DNA from: Chloroflexota bacterium
GTDB taxonomy: Bacteria > Chloroflexota > Dehalococcoidia > UBA2979
DNA: 64,000 nucleotides
Direction of reading: 5' to 3'
NCBI GenBank assembly: GCA_027593235.1
Contig: JAQCIU010000003.1
Coordinates: 32,001 to 96,000, forward strand
Shown here: positions 1-10,070 of the stretch, in pieces
Position numbering within the stretch: the first letter of the stretch is position 1
How the letters are laid out: every line of letters starts with the position of its first letter
Notes under the pieces: model-generated
What the model was told of the DNA's origin: nothing
Seen by the model: only the letters and a program-made list of their open reading frames with translations
Databases searched by the model: none
Made by a program: the position numbers and the translations under genes

Positions 1-1148
1 CGCATGGGCATCGCGAGCATGCCAGCGAACTCCTGTGGGATGGTCGGATCGGCGAAGAGCGCCTGGGTGCCAAAGTTGAGCATCTCGCGGAGGCCGCCGT
101 TCGCGGTGACCACTGTCGGCGTGCCGCAGGCCATCGCCTCGATCGCGGTCATGCCGAACGGCTCGTAGCGAGAGCAGAGCGCGAAGACGGCGGCGGCCCG
201 GTAGTAGTTCGGCATTTGCTCGTCCGGGATGTAGTTCCGCCAGATCACGTGTTCCTCGACGCAGAGCGCCTGGGCACGCTGCTTCCAATCGGCGATCAGC
301 CGCTCGTCGGCAGGTGAGTTCGCGCCGACGGCGAGTTGGACGCGGGCGTCCGGGACGATCTGACGGAGCGCGGGCAGCGACTCGATCAGCAGGTCATAGC
401 CCTTGTTCGTGGCGGCGCGGCCGACGGCGTAGACATCGTGTTGGCGGAACTTGATCCGGCGCCGGATCTTCTTGATCTCCTCGGAGGGGACGGGGGTGAA
501 GCGCGATTCATCGATGCCGGGCGGGATCATCGTGATCTGCTGATCGCGCATGTCGTAGCTGGCACGAAGGATGTCGGCCTGCTGGTAGCTGGTGGCGATC
601 AGGTGATCGCAGCTCCGGTAGACGAGGAATTCGCGCTGGATGCGCTCCTCGAAGCGGTAGCCGTTTGTCGCCTCGGGATCCTGATCGCGGATCGAGCGCA
701 TGTCCGTCTGCTTCCACTTGCCCAGCGAATGCGGGGTGTGGATGTGCGGGATGCCGAGTTCTTCGGCGATGCGCTGGCCGGCCCAGCCGGCGTCCCAGTA
801 GTGCGAGTTCACGGTGTCGTACTCGCGGCCGCTGCGGGCGGTGGTGGTGAGGAAGTTGGTCACGAACTCGGTCAGGTGATCGTGCATGTCCTCTTTGCGG
901 ATGAACTCTTTGCCGCCGAAGGGGATGCGCAGGATGCGGGCGCCGCTGTTGAGACGCTCGACGGCGCGCTGGCCCTCGAACTGACGGGTCACCACGTCGA
1001 CCTGGTAGCCAAGGCGTGCGAACCGGCGCGCCAGCTCGATCACGAAGGTGACCTGTCCGCCGGTGTCCGGCAGGCCCAGTTCCGGCTTCGCGGCGACGTA
1101 GCCGTGGAGCGACAACATGAGGAGCGATCCTCGGTAGCCGGTGGTCAT
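1..1148 (-). CDS. Sucrose-phosphate/mannosylfructose-phosphate synthase-like GT4 glycosyltransferase (runs off window start)
   Basis: Manual translation MTTGYRGSLLMLSLHGYVAAKPELGLPDTGGQVTFVIELARR...SHYWDAGWAG...HTPHSLG...EPFGMTAIEAMACG. ATG overlaps the TGA of the upstream phosphatase (ATGA). Not in the ORF track. Confidence 0.85.
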   Translation of the reverse strand, partial: MTTGYRGSLLMLSLHGYVAAKPELGLPDTGGQVTFVIELARRFARLGYQVDVVTRQFEGQRAVERLNSGARILRIPFGGKEFIRKEDMHDHLTEFVTNFLTTTARSGREYDTVNSHYWDAGWAGQRIAEELGIPHIHTPHSLGKWKQTDMRSIRDQDPEATNGYRFEERIQREFLVYRSCDHLIATSYQQADILRASYDMRDQQITMIPPGIDESRFTPVPSEEIKKIRRRIKFRQHDVYAVGRAATNKGYDLLIESLPALRQIVPDARVQLAVGANSPADERLIADWKQRAQALCVEEHVIWRNYIPDEQMPNYYRAAAVFALCSRYEPFGMTAIEAMACGTPTVVTANGGLREMLNFGTQALFADPTIPQEFAGMLAMPM

Positions 1149-1906
1149 CGGTCTCTCCGTTCGGGGATCAATCCCCAGTGCCGCAGCCCCTCGAGGATGC
1201 CGGCGGCGTAGTGATCGGTTGCGAGGTAGGCGCGCTCCCGGTCGACGCGATCGCGCAGCTCCGTCCGGCCGTTGCCGACGACGACGCCGCGAGACGCGTG
1301 TTCGAACATGACGAGGTCGTTGCCTGAGTCGCCGGCGACGATCACGTGATCGTGCGCGACCGCGAGGTGGTCCGAGACGCGAAACATCGCCTCCGCTTTG
1401 CCGGCGTCGGGCGGGATCACGTCGAAGTCGCTGTCGCCGCTGTGGATGGTCCGCCGCGCGATCGCGGCGGCATCGAGGGCCGCCTCGACAGCCGCGACGG
1501 CGGAGGCGGGGACGGCGAAGCTGGCCTTGTAGGGGGTCTGGAACTCTTCGGCGTGTGGCGCGAAGCCGAGGGCGCGGATGACGCGATCGACCTCGGTGCG
1601 TGGCCAGCCCTTGAAGCGGCGCTCCCAGCCGTCGTCGTGGCCGCAGCCGGCGTAGTCGATCTCGGTGCCGAGGGCGGTAATCACGGCGTCGGCGGGTGGT
1701 GCGCCGGGCGGCCATGCTGCCGCGATTGTGCGGCGGACGCTGGCGGTCGGGCGGCTGGAGTTGAGGGCGATCGGCATCGCGGCGTCGCGCAACGCCTGAA
1801 GGAGTTCGGCTAACGCCCCCTCATCGCCGAGCAGCGTGTCATCGATGTCGGTGACCAGGAGCCACCGCGCGGCGGACGGGGGGCGGTCAGAGCTGGAGGA
1901 CCGCAT
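1145..1906 (-). CDS. HAD-IIB sucrose-6F-phosphate/mannosylfructose-phosphate phosphatase-like hydrolase
   Basis: TDIDDTL, K(AEA) and GDSGND HAD motifs; coupled to the synthase. Confidence 0.85.
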   Translation of the reverse strand: MRSSSSDRPPSAARWLLVTDIDDTLLGDEGALAELLQALRDAAMPIALNSSRPTASVRRTIAAAWPPGAPPADAVITALGTEIDYAGCGHDDGWERRFKGWPRTEVDRVIRALGFAPHAEEFQTPYKASFAVPASAVAAVEAALDAAAIARRTIHSGDSDFDVIPPDAGKAEAMFRVSDHLAVAHDHVIVAGDSGNDLVMFEHASRGVVVGNGRTELRDRVDRERAYLATDHYAAGILEGLRHWGLIPERRDR

Positions 1907-1964
1907 TTCCGCGACGATAACACGCAAGGATTGCGGGGCTGTTTCCGGGTGGTAGAGTCAAGGG

Positions 1965-2570
1965 ATGACAACTGACCCGGCCGAGCGCGACGCGGAGTCA
2001 GCGGAGGCTGCCGAGGCATATCGCCGCGAGCTGCGCGCGAACAAGGTGCGCAAGGGCCTGGTGATCGTGAACACCGGCGACGGCAAGGGGAAGTCGACGG
2101 CGGCCTTCGGGATCGCGTTCCGGGCGCGGGGGCGGGGCATGCCGGTCGCGATCATCCAGTTCCTCAAGCGCGACGGCGCGAACTACGGGGAGTTGCGAGC
2201 GGCGCGCGAGCTGGGCATTGAGGTCGAAGGTGCGGGCGACGGCTGGACCTGGACGAGCAAGGACCTGGATCACTCGGCGGAACTGGCGCGGGCTGGCTGG
2301 GCGCGAGCGCAGGAGCTGATCGAGGCGGATGCCCACACGGTGATCGTGCTGGACGAGTTCACGTATCCGATGACCTACGGCTGGGTCGACACGCACGAAG
2401 TGGTCGCGTGGCTGCGCGAGCACAAGCCGGCGATGCTGCACCTGGTGATCACCGGACGGAACGCGCCGGACGAGCTGATCGAGTACGCCGATCTGGTGAC
2501 GGAGATGCGATTGGTGAAGCACCCGTTCCAGGACCAGGGCATCAAGGCGCAGCCGGGGATCGAGTTCTAG
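1965..2570 (+). CDS. cobO: Cob(I)yrinic acid a,c-diamide adenosyltransferase (CobO/BtuR)
   Basis: VNTGDGKGKSTAAFG, QFLK, VLDE, ITGRNAP, ADLVTEM...KHPF...GIEF. Confidence 0.95.
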   Translation: MTTDPAERDAESAEAAEAYRRELRANKVRKGLVIVNTGDGKGKSTAAFGIAFRARGRGMPVAIIQFLKRDGANYGELRAARELGIEVEGAGDGWTWTSKDLDHSAELARAGWARAQELIEADAHTVIVLDEFTYPMTYGWVDTHEVVAWLREHKPAMLHLVITGRNAPDELIEYADLVTEMRLVKHPFQDQGIKAQPGIEF

Positions 2571-3772
2571 CGCGTCTCGCGAGCGGAACGCCAGGCCTCG
2601 CGCAGGCCGATGCGCGGGCCCGTGCTGAGGATCGCACCGGCGTAGATGCGCCCGGAGAGATTGACGATCGCTCCGATCGACAGGATCAGCAGGGTCAGCG
2701 AGAGCGCGATCTCCCAGAGGGGCGGCGAGCCGACGCCGATCCGAGGTGTCATCGCGAGCGGCGAGGACACCGGCAAGATCGAGAGCACGCGCGCGGTCAG
2801 GCTGTCGGGATTCGAGACGACCAGTGTGAGCGATGTGAAGTAGATGACGATCAAGGTGATGTTGATTGGCATGGTTGCCGCCTGCGCATCTTCCTGGCGC
2901 GCGACCGTCGCGCCGGCCGCCGCGAAGATGAAGCTGTAGAACAGCAGTCCCAGCACGAGGTAGGCGGCGGCGAATGCCCCGACTCGGAAGCCGATCGCTG
3001 GCAGGTCGGCGGTGCCGAAGATGCTGATCGCGATCAAGGCGGCGGCGATGCCGATCGCGATCTGAGAGACGGCGAGGAGGAGGATGCCTCCTACCTTCCC
3101 GAGCAACAGTTGCCACGGGCGCAACGCGCCCATCAATACCTCGACGACCCGGCTGGTCTTCTCCTCAACCACGCCGTTGAGGATCCAAGATCCGTACGCC
3201 GTCAACGAGAGGAGCAACACCACAACTGCGGCGGAGGAGGCGCCGCGGTCGGCCTCGCTGGCACGTTCGCCGTCGGCGGTCTCGGGGTTGAGCAGCGTGA
3301 TCGGGATCGGCTCCGGATTCACGAGCGGAGCAGCCTCCTCGAGCGTCAGGTCGAGGCTGGCGAGGACGTCTGGGAGCGTCGCGAGCCGATAGGCCTGCGT
3401 GACGAGCGCGCTGATGTTGCGGTCTGCTTCGCGGTCGAAGATGAGCGATGGGCCGGCGTAGAACGCAGCGACGGCGCCGCCGTTCGCGACCATGCGGCGC
3501 GCTTCATCGCGATCGGCGACCAGCACGACGTGCACCTCGGTGCCGAGCGATCCGTCGTCGAGGAGCTCTCCGAAGGTGTCATTGACGTCCGACGTGACGA
3601 CAGCGACCACCGGCGTCCCTTGACCGACGATGTCGGGGAGAATCGTCGCCGCGGCGACGGCGCCGAAGGCGATCACGAGGATCAACAGCGTGGAGATGCG
3701 GAAGGTGCGTGCGCCGGTCCGTTCACGGATTTCGCGCTGAGCGACCAGCCATGCGCCGCCGAGGCCGCTCAT
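2567..3772 (-). CDS. ABC-2 type transporter permease (NatB/YhaP-like)
   Basis: Multiple TM segments; VVEEKTSRVVEVL...LLLGKV motif. Confidence 0.85.
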   Translation of the reverse strand: MSGLGGAWLVAQREIRERTGARTFRISTLLILVIAFGAVAAATILPDIVGQGTPVVAVVTSDVNDTFGELLDDGSLGTEVHVVLVADRDEARRMVANGGAVAAFYAGPSLIFDREADRNISALVTQAYRLATLPDVLASLDLTLEEAAPLVNPEPIPITLLNPETADGERASEADRGASSAAVVVLLLSLTAYGSWILNGVVEEKTSRVVEVLMGALRPWQLLLGKVGGILLLAVSQIAIGIAAALIAISIFGTADLPAIGFRVGAFAAAYLVLGLLFYSFIFAAAGATVARQEDAQAATMPINITLIVIYFTSLTLVVSNPDSLTARVLSILPVSSPLAMTPRIGVGSPPLWEIALSLTLLILSIGAIVNLSGRIYAGAILSTGPRIGLREAWRSARETR

Positions 3773-4689
3773 GCCGGCACCTCAACCGCCGGCGCTGCTC
3801 CGATCGCTTCCATGAAGAGGTCGGAGAGGGCGGGGGGCTCGAAGCGGAAGAAGCGCACCTCGCCCGCGGCCTGTGCGGCCCACAGCAGCAGCGCCGGGTT
3901 GGCGTCGTTCGGCACGCGTAGCCTCGATTCCGGACCGCGTTCCCACATCGTTTCGGCGCCCTCGATGCCGGCGTGCCATGTGGCAGCGGCGCCGTCCGTG
4001 ACGACCGAGGCGTGCACGTAGCGCGAGGGCGAGGCGGCGCGGACCGCGTCGAGCTCGCCCGCGAGGACGACGCGCCCGCGATGGATGATCGCGATGTCGT
4101 CGCAGAGGTCCTCGACGAGATCGAGCTGGTGGCTGGAGAACACGACGGCGGCACCGCGTTCGGCCTGTTCGCGCACGACGTCGCCGAGCGCGGCGACGCC
4201 GATTGGATCGAGGCCGGAGAACGGTTCGTCGAGGATCAGCAGATCCGCCTGGTGGGCGAGCGCGACGATGAGCTGGACGCGCTGCTGGTTGCCGTGCGAC
4301 AGCTCCTCGACGCGTGCGGTGGCGCGGTCGGCGAGCCCGAGACGCTCGAGCCAGTGGTCGGCGGCGGTGGCGGCATCGCTGGTGCTCAGGCCGTGGAGGC
4401 GCGCGAAGTAGATCGCCTGATCACGGACGCGCATGCGCGGGTAGAGGCCGCGCTGTTCCGGCATATAGCCGAAGCGCGCGCGTTCCTCGGGACGGATCGG
4501 CGCGCCGCGCCAGTGGACGGCGCCGCGATCGAGGTGCACCAGCCCGAAGACGCTGCGCATCGCGGTGGTCTTGCCGGAGCCGTTGGGACCGAGGAGGCCG
4601 AGCATGCGACCGGGCTGTGCGCGAATCGTGCAGCCGTCGAGGGCGCGCACGTCGCCGTAGCGCTTCTCCAGGTCGGTCAGTTCGAGCAT
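3769..4689 (-). CDS. ABC transporter ATP-binding protein
   Basis: GPNGSGKTT, LSHGNQQR, LILDEPFSGLD; start taken at MLELTDLEK. Confidence 0.9.
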   Translation of the reverse strand: MLELTDLEKRYGDVRALDGCTIRAQPGRMLGLLGPNGSGKTTAMRSVFGLVHLDRGAVHWRGAPIRPEERARFGYMPEQRGLYPRMRVRDQAIYFARLHGLSTSDAATAADHWLERLGLADRATARVEELSHGNQQRVQLIVALAHQADLLILDEPFSGLDPIGVAALGDVVREQAERGAAVVFSSHQLDLVEDLCDDIAIIHRGRVVLAGELDAVRAASPSRYVHASVVTDGAAATWHAGIEGAETMWERGPESRLRVPNDANPALLLWAAQAAGEVRFFRFEPPALSDLFMEAIGAAPAVEVPA

Positions 4690-4777
4690 GGTCCCCCGGA
4701 GCTGCGCTTGAGCATCCATGGTGCCGGGCGACCGGTCGATTGGGTAGCGGAGCGCCCTCGGTCGCGGCGGCCTGCGG

Positions 4778-6265
4778 CTAGGCGAGGCGGCCGAGGATGG
4801 CACGCAGCGTCTCGCGCAGGCGCTCGTTCGGGACGCGCCGCGCGAGCGAGGCGTAACGGCGGACCTTGCCGCCCGCCAGCCACGCGTGCGTGGCCTCGAC
4901 CGCCGCGAGCTGGGCGGAGACGGCGTAGGACGGGTACGCGTGCGGCAGCTCCGCGAGATCGCGGAGTCCGAGGCCCTGTCGCATCGCGAGCGCGAATTCG
5001 TGGATCAGCTCGCCGGCGGCGGGCGCGACGATCTGCGCGCCCTCGATGCGGTCGTGCTTGCCGCGGGTGACGACCTGGACGAAGCCGGGCGCGGCCTGTT
5101 CCACGGTGGCGCGATCGGACTCGGCGAGGGAGGAGCGGTGGACGCGCACGGCGTCTCCCCAGCGGGCGCGTGCTTCGGCCTCGGTGGCGCCGATCGTAGC
5201 GGTCTCCGGATCGGTGTAGGTGACGGCGGGGGTGAGGCGCGGATCGATCGGTCGTGGCAAGAGCAGCACCGAGGCCATCAGCGCCGACACGCCCTCGAGT
5301 GCCGCGAGGTGCGTGAGACGCGGGCCCGGGACAACGTCGCCGGCGGCGTAGACGCGCGGGTTCGAGGTGCGCATGTTCCGGTCCACGGTGATGCCCGTGA
5401 CGCGGTCGAAGGCGATCCCGGCGGCTTCGAGGCCGAGTCCTTCGACCTGTGGCACGCGGCCCGCCGCCACCAGCACCTGGTCGAACGGCAGCTCGGTGCG
5501 ACCGTCGCGGCCCTCGAGGATTGCGCGCGAGCCGGTGGCGCGGGTCTCGATCGCGCGGACGGTGGTCGCGGTGCGGATGGTGACGCCGTCGGCCTCGAGG
5601 GCAGCGCGGAGCGCGGCGCCCAGCCGGCGATCGAGCGCGGGCAGCACCTCGATCGCGGCTTCGACGATCGTGACGGCGGAGCCGAGGCGGGCGAAGGCCT
5701 GTCCCAACTCCAGCCCGACGACGCCGGCGCCGATCACGAGGAGGCGGTGCGGGAGCACCCGCAGCGACCAGATCGTTTCGTTCGTCAGGTAGCCGGCGTT
5801 CGCGAGGCCGGGGACCGGCGGGACAACCGCCGAGGCGCCAGTCGCAACGACGACATAACGCGATGCCAACTCGCGGCCGTCAACGAGCAGGCGATCGGGC
5901 GCCTCGAAGGTCGCGCGGCCCTCGATGACATCGACGCCGCGGGCGCGGAGCAGATCGGGCGCGTCGGCACGTTCGAAGATCGCCTGCTGGTGGTCGTGGA
6001 TGCGGTCCATGACGCTGCCGAGGTCCACGGCCGCGCTGGCCTCGAAGCGGGGGAGCCCGAAGCGCTCGGTGCGCCCGGCGCGGTGATGGGCGTTCGCGGC
6101 GGCGAGCAGCGCCTTGCTTGGCACGCAGCCGGCCCAGGTGCAGTCGCCGCCGAGTCGTGCCGCCTCGATGAGCGCGACGCGGATGCCGAGGCGTGGCGCG
6201 ACGTCGGCGATCGAGAGACCGGCCGGGCCGCCACCGATCACCGCGAGGTCGTAAGGCTTCGCCAT
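4778..6265 (-). CDS. Pyridine nucleotide-disulfide oxidoreductase (dihydrolipoamide dehydrogenase/mercuric reductase family)
   Basis: GGGPAG, GGDCTWAGCVPSK redox disulfide, GAGVVG, YAAGD, HAYPS; start MAKPYDL after GAGGAG. Confidence 0.85.
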   Translation of the reverse strand: MAKPYDLAVIGGGPAGLSIADVAPRLGIRVALIEAARLGGDCTWAGCVPSKALLAAANAHHRAGRTERFGLPRFEASAAVDLGSVMDRIHDHQQAIFERADAPDLLRARGVDVIEGRATFEAPDRLLVDGRELASRYVVVATGASAVVPPVPGLANAGYLTNETIWSLRVLPHRLLVIGAGVVGLELGQAFARLGSAVTIVEAAIEVLPALDRRLGAALRAALEADGVTIRTATTVRAIETRATGSRAILEGRDGRTELPFDQVLVAAGRVPQVEGLGLEAAGIAFDRVTGITVDRNMRTSNPRVYAAGDVVPGPRLTHLAALEGVSALMASVLLLPRPIDPRLTPAVTYTDPETATIGATEAEARARWGDAVRVHRSSLAESDRATVEQAAPGFVQVVTRGKHDRIEGAQIVAPAAGELIHEFALAMRQGLGLRDLAELPHAYPSYAVSAQLAAVEATHAWLAGGKVRRYASLARRVPNERLRETLRAILGRLA

Positions 6266-6386
6266 CGCGCTCTCCTCGGAAGTGGCGTTCGCGGCGCGAT
6301 CAGTATCGCGGGGCGGGGGCTCCGCGCGGTGTGAGCGCGCTTGCGGACGGTGGCTCGCCGCCAGTAGCGAGGCCGCTACCGCGCGA

Positions 6387-7004
6387 CTACGGCGCCGCGA
6401 CTGGCGCGATGTGGCCGGGCTCGATACGCGCCGCCGTCGTGACCGCCTCGACGAGGGCCAGTCGCTCCTCGAGGGGCATCGCGATGACCGCGAGGACGTG
6501 CGCGGCGAGGCGCTCGAGGGCGGCGATCGTCGGCGCATCGGTGTAGCGCCCGGCGTCGTCGGACTTGGTGCGAGGCGCGGCGATCCCGAGGTGGTCGACG
6601 ACGTGGGCGCCCTGCCAGGTGAGCGTCTGGATGAGTTGCCGGCGCACGTGTTCACCGCCGGTACTGCCGGCGCTGATCAGCGCGACGGTCTTGCCGTAGA
6701 GATCGCCGGCGCCGACGTTCCAATCGAGGGCGTTCTTGAGCGCGCCGGGGAGTGCGCCGGCGTATTCCGGTGCGGCGATGATCACGGCGTCCGCGCGGGC
6801 GAGGCGGGCGCGGAACGCCAGCACCGGCGGCGTTGGCGCGTCCTCGAGATCGGGGTTGAACGGCGGCATCGAGGCGACCTCGTCCGCTTCGTCGACGGCG
6901 ACGCCGTCACGCGCGAGGAGCGCGGCGCGCACGACATCGAGGGCGGATCGATTCGCGGAGTGTGCCTGCAGGCTGCCGCTGATCAGGAGGATGTTCGTCG
7001 TCAT
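6387..7004 (-). CDS. NADPH-dependent FMN reductase (flavodoxin-like fold)
   Basis: ISGSLQAHSAN, APEYAGALPGALKNALDW. Confidence 0.85.
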   Translation of the reverse strand: MTTNILLISGSLQAHSANRSALDVVRAALLARDGVAVDEADEVASMPPFNPDLEDAPTPPVLAFRARLARADAVIIAAPEYAGALPGALKNALDWNVGAGDLYGKTVALISAGSTGGEHVRRQLIQTLTWQGAHVVDHLGIAAPRTKSDDAGRYTDAPTIAALERLAAHVLAVIAMPLEERLALVEAVTTAARIEPGHIAPVAAP

Positions 7005-7047
7005 CGATCCAGCGTACGCCTCGCGTCGAGTCGCGCCGTGTGGCCGC

Positions 7048-7083
7048 GAAGCGGGCTCGGAAGCGGATTCGGAAGCGGGGCCG
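7048..7083. repeat. 3 x 12-bp imperfect tandem repeat GAAGCGGnnnCG
   Basis: gaagcgggctcg gaagcggattcg gaagcggggccg. Confidence 0.7.
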
Positions 7084-7136
7084 GTGCACCGGTGTTCCTC
7101 GATGCTGGCGGTGGCTGGGGGAACGCTCGGCGAAAG

Positions 7137-7175
7137 TCTCAGCAGAGGTTTAGGGGCATCTCAGAGTTCCCTTAG
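7137..7175 (+). promoter_or_regulatory. OmpR-family (MprA-box-like) tandem hexamer array at 11-bp period
   Basis: TCTCAG-N5-GTTTAG-N5-TCTCAG-N5-CCTTAG upstream of an operon containing an OmpR-type response regulator and kinase. Confidence 0.6.
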
Positions 7176-7237
7176 ACGCGGGGCCGAATCTGATTTCAAC
7201 GCACAACGCGTACAGGAGATTCGACGAGGAGAGAACG

Positions 7238-8011
7238 ATGGGTTGGAAGAGCAAGGTTCCGTTGATCGGTGGTCTGGGGTTGGTTGCGATCGGTGGCGTG
7301 GCGATGGCTGCGCCGGTGGCGAGCGCGGCTTCGGTTTCCGGCGACGTGGTCAGCGCCGCGATGCAACAGATCAGCGGCGACGAGGGCGCGCACCCCTTCG
7401 CCGGGCAGCGTCACCACCGTGGGATGCGCGGCCAGGCGATCGCCGAGGAGCTGGGCATTGAGGTGGAGGTCTACCGCGACGCGGTGAAGGCCGTGATTGC
7501 CGACCGGATCGCGGACGGCGAGGAGCGCCCGGTCTGGGCGGACCTCACGCCGGCGGAGCGGCTGGAGACGCGCGCGGAGTTCACCGCCGACGTGGCCGCC
7601 GAGCTGGGGATCAGCGCGGACGATCTCCAGGCGGCGCACGACACGGTGTTTGCGGCGAAGCTGGCCGAGGCCGTGGAGGATGGGCGGCTGACGCAGGCCG
7701 AGGCCGACGAGATGCAGGCCGCATACGAGGACGGCACGCTCTTCGACGTGGCGCAGGACCGGCGGATCGACGCGCTGGGCGACCGGCTGGAGCAGCTCCT
7801 GGAGAACGGCTTCATCGATGACGCGCAGTACGATGCGCTGCAGGCGGAGCTGGACGACAAGGACCTGCGCGGCTTCCACGAACTGCTCCGCGAGTACCGC
7901 GAGGCGAACGGGTTCGAGGGCCGATGGTTCCGCGGGATGCGCGGTGGACCGGCGGGCCTCGATGGTCTGGGGGCGGACGTGGCCGCCGAGCTCGAAGGGA
8001 TCTCGCTGTAG
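7238..8011 (+). CDS. Secreted acidic alpha-helical repeat protein (hypothetical)
   Basis: RBS GAGGAG; signal peptide-like N-terminus; repeated (I/V)AxELGI and [26 protein letters not shown] units. Confidence 0.75.
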   Translation: MGWKSKVPLIGGLGLVAIGGVAMAAPVASAASVSGDVVSAAMQQISGDEGAHPFAGQRHHRGMRGQAIAEELGIEVEVYRDAVKAVIADRIADGEERPVWADLTPAERLETRAEFTADVAAELGISADDLQAAHDTVFAAKLAEAVEDGRLTQAEADEMQAAYEDGTLFDVAQDRRIDALGDRLEQLLENGFIDDAQYDALQAELDDKDLRGFHELLREYREANGFEGRWFRGMRGGPAGLDGLGADVAAELEGISL

Positions 8012-8013
8012 AT

Positions 8014-8697
8014 CTGCAAGCTGACGTTCTGGTCGTCGATGACGACCCGGCGATCATCGTCGCCCTCGAACGCGGTCTCCGCGTCGAGGGCTTCGATGTG
8101 CGCAGCGCCAACGGTGGCGTGGCGGCGCTTCACGCCGTCGACGAACGAGAGCCGGACGTGATGGTCCTGGACATCAACATGCCAGATCTGGATGGCGTAA
8201 GCGTGACACGGACGCTGCGCGCGAACGGCCACGAGGTGCCGATCTGCATCCTCTCCGCGAACGACGAGGTCTCGGACCGCGTCGCCGGGCTGGAGGCGGG
8301 GGCGGACGACTACCTCGTGAAGCCGTTCGCGCTGCCGGAGCTGGTCGCGCGGCTACGGGCGCTGCTCCGGCGCGCGCGTGCTGCGGCTACCGAGGATGGC
8401 GATCGGATCGAGGTAGGCGACCTGGTGGTCGATCCGGCGCGGCGACTGGTGCTGCGCGGCGATCGCGAGATCGAGTTCACCCGCCGCGAGTTCGATCTCC
8501 TGGAGTTGCTCGCCCGCAACGCGGGGATCGTGCTTTCGCGATCGCAGCTCCTGGAGCGCGTCTGGGGCTACGACTTCGAGGTGGACAGCAACGTCGTCGA
8601 TGTCTTTGTCGGGTATCTGCGGCGGAAGCTCGAGGCGGCAGGCGAGCAGCGGCTGGTGCAGACGGTGCGCGGCATCGGGTTCGTGCTGCGGCCATGA
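8014..8697 (+). CDS. OmpR-family response regulator (MprA/PrrA-like), probable CTG start
   Basis: [23 protein letters not shown], winged helix [13 protein letters not shown]...TVRGIGF. Confidence 0.9.
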   Translation: MQADVLVVDDDPAIIVALERGLRVEGFDVRSANGGVAALHAVDEREPDVMVLDINMPDLDGVSVTRTLRANGHEVPICILSANDEVSDRVAGLEAGADDYLVKPFALPELVARLRALLRRARAAATEDGDRIEVGDLVVDPARRLVLRGDREIEFTRREFDLLELLARNAGIVLSRSQLLERVWGYDFEVDSNVVDVFVGYLRRKLEAAGEQRLVQTVRGIGFVLRP

Positions 8698-10070
8698 GCC
8701 TGCGCACGCGCGTTTCGCTGGCCGCGGTGCTTGCGACCGTGGCGGCCGTGTTGCTGGCGGGGATCGCGATCCTCGGGTTCACGACACGTACGCAGACGGC
8801 GGACCTCGATCGCGAGTTGGAGGCGCAGTTGGAGCAATTGCGACGTCAGGGCGTGGCGGCGCTGCTCGATCTGCGACAGGTGCCGCGACCGGCGCAGCGG
8901 AGCGATCTCAACTTTGGCGTGCGCGTCCTCAACGGCGAGACGGTGCTCTTCGAGAGCGAGTTCCCGAGCATCGACGAGGAGGCGCCGGAGGGCTTCTCCG
9001 AGCAGTCCGCGGGCGACGAGCAGTGGCGCGTGCTGTCCCGGCCAGTGCGTGTCGCGCCTCGGGTGATCGAGGAGCCGCTGACGATCGAGGTGGCCGCGTC
9101 GATGGCCGGCATCGAAGCGACGCTGAAGGGCCTACGACGGCTGTTGTTCTTCGTGGGCCTGCTGTCGATCGGCGGCGCGGGCCTTGGTGGCTGGGTGCTG
9201 GGAGCCGTCGCGATGCGCCCGCTGGCGGGGCTGCGCCGCGAGGCCGAGCGCGTCAGCGAGACCGCCGACCTGAGCGTCCGCGTTCCCGTCGATCAAGGCC
9301 CGTCCGAGGTGGATGACCTGGCGCGGAGCCTGAACGTGATGCTCGAACGGATCGAGGAGGGCGCGCAGCAGACGCAGGCGGCGCTCGACGCCTCGCGCGG
9401 GTTCGCCGGCAACGTGGCGCACGAACTGCGCACGCCACTGACCAGCATGCAGACCAACCTCGAGGTGCTCGCCGCCAACCCTGATCTGGCGGCCGCGGAG
9501 CGGGCCGCGATCGTGACTGACGTGGTGGCGCAGCAGCGGCGCCTGCTGGAAGCCCTCGAGGCGCTGCGGCTCCTCGCGCGCGGCGATCTCGCGGCCGCGG
9601 ATCTGTTCGAGGTGAGCGACCTCGCGGAGTTGATCGACGCCGCGGTGGCGCAGGCGCGCGGTCGCTTTCCGGAGGCGACGATCGAGCTGACCGTCCCATC
9701 GGACCCGCCACCGACCGCGGTCTGGCCGGAGGGCGTGCGGGTGCTGGTGGACAACCTGATTCGCAATGCGGTGACACACGGGACGCGTCCCGGCGTTGCG
9801 CCGCTGGCGCGGATCGCGCTGACGCATGACGCCACTGAGTGGGTACTTGCGGTTGAGGACGGCGGCGACGGCATCCCGATCGAAGAGCGCGCGCGGGTTC
9901 TCGAACGGTTCGCGCGTGGGAGCGGGGCGCGCTCCGCGGGGAGCGGCCTGGGGCTCGCGCTGGTGGCACAGCAGGCCGAGCTGCACGGGGGACGCGTGGT
10001 GATCGGTGACGCCTCGGGCGGGGGCGCGCGGATCGAGGTGCGGGTGCCGCTGCGGGGAGTCGGGCGCTAG
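8694..10070 (+). CDS. HAMP-domain sensor histidine kinase
   Basis: Two TM segments, [13 protein letters not shown]-box, NLIRNA, EDGGDG, GSGLGL. Confidence 0.92.
   Translation: MSLRTRVSLAAVLATVAAVLLAGIAILGFTTRTQTADLDRELEAQLEQLRRQGVAALLDLRQVPRPAQRSDLNFGVRVLNGETVLFESEFPSIDEEAPEGFSEQSAGDEQWRVLSRPVRVAPRVIEEPLTIEVAASMAGIEATLKGLRRLLFFVGLLSIGGAGLGGWVLGAVAMRPLAGLRREAERVSETADLSVRVPVDQGPSEVDDLARSLNVMLERIEEGAQQTQAALDASRGFAGNVAHELRTPLTSMQTNLEVLAANPDLAAAERAAIVTDVVAQQRRLLEALEALRLLARGDLAAADLFEVSDLAELIDAAVAQARGRFPEATIELTVPSDPPPTAVWPEGVRVLVDNLIRNAVTHGTRPGVAPLARIALTHDATEWVLAVEDGGDGIPIEERARVLERFARGSGARSAGSGLGLALVAQQAELHGGRVVIGDASGGGARIEVRVPLRGVGR

Noticed and set aside
7048-7083. Tandem 12-bp repeats as a possible CRISPR or iteron array
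   Set aside because: Only three short units, no spacers, and no cas or rep gene.
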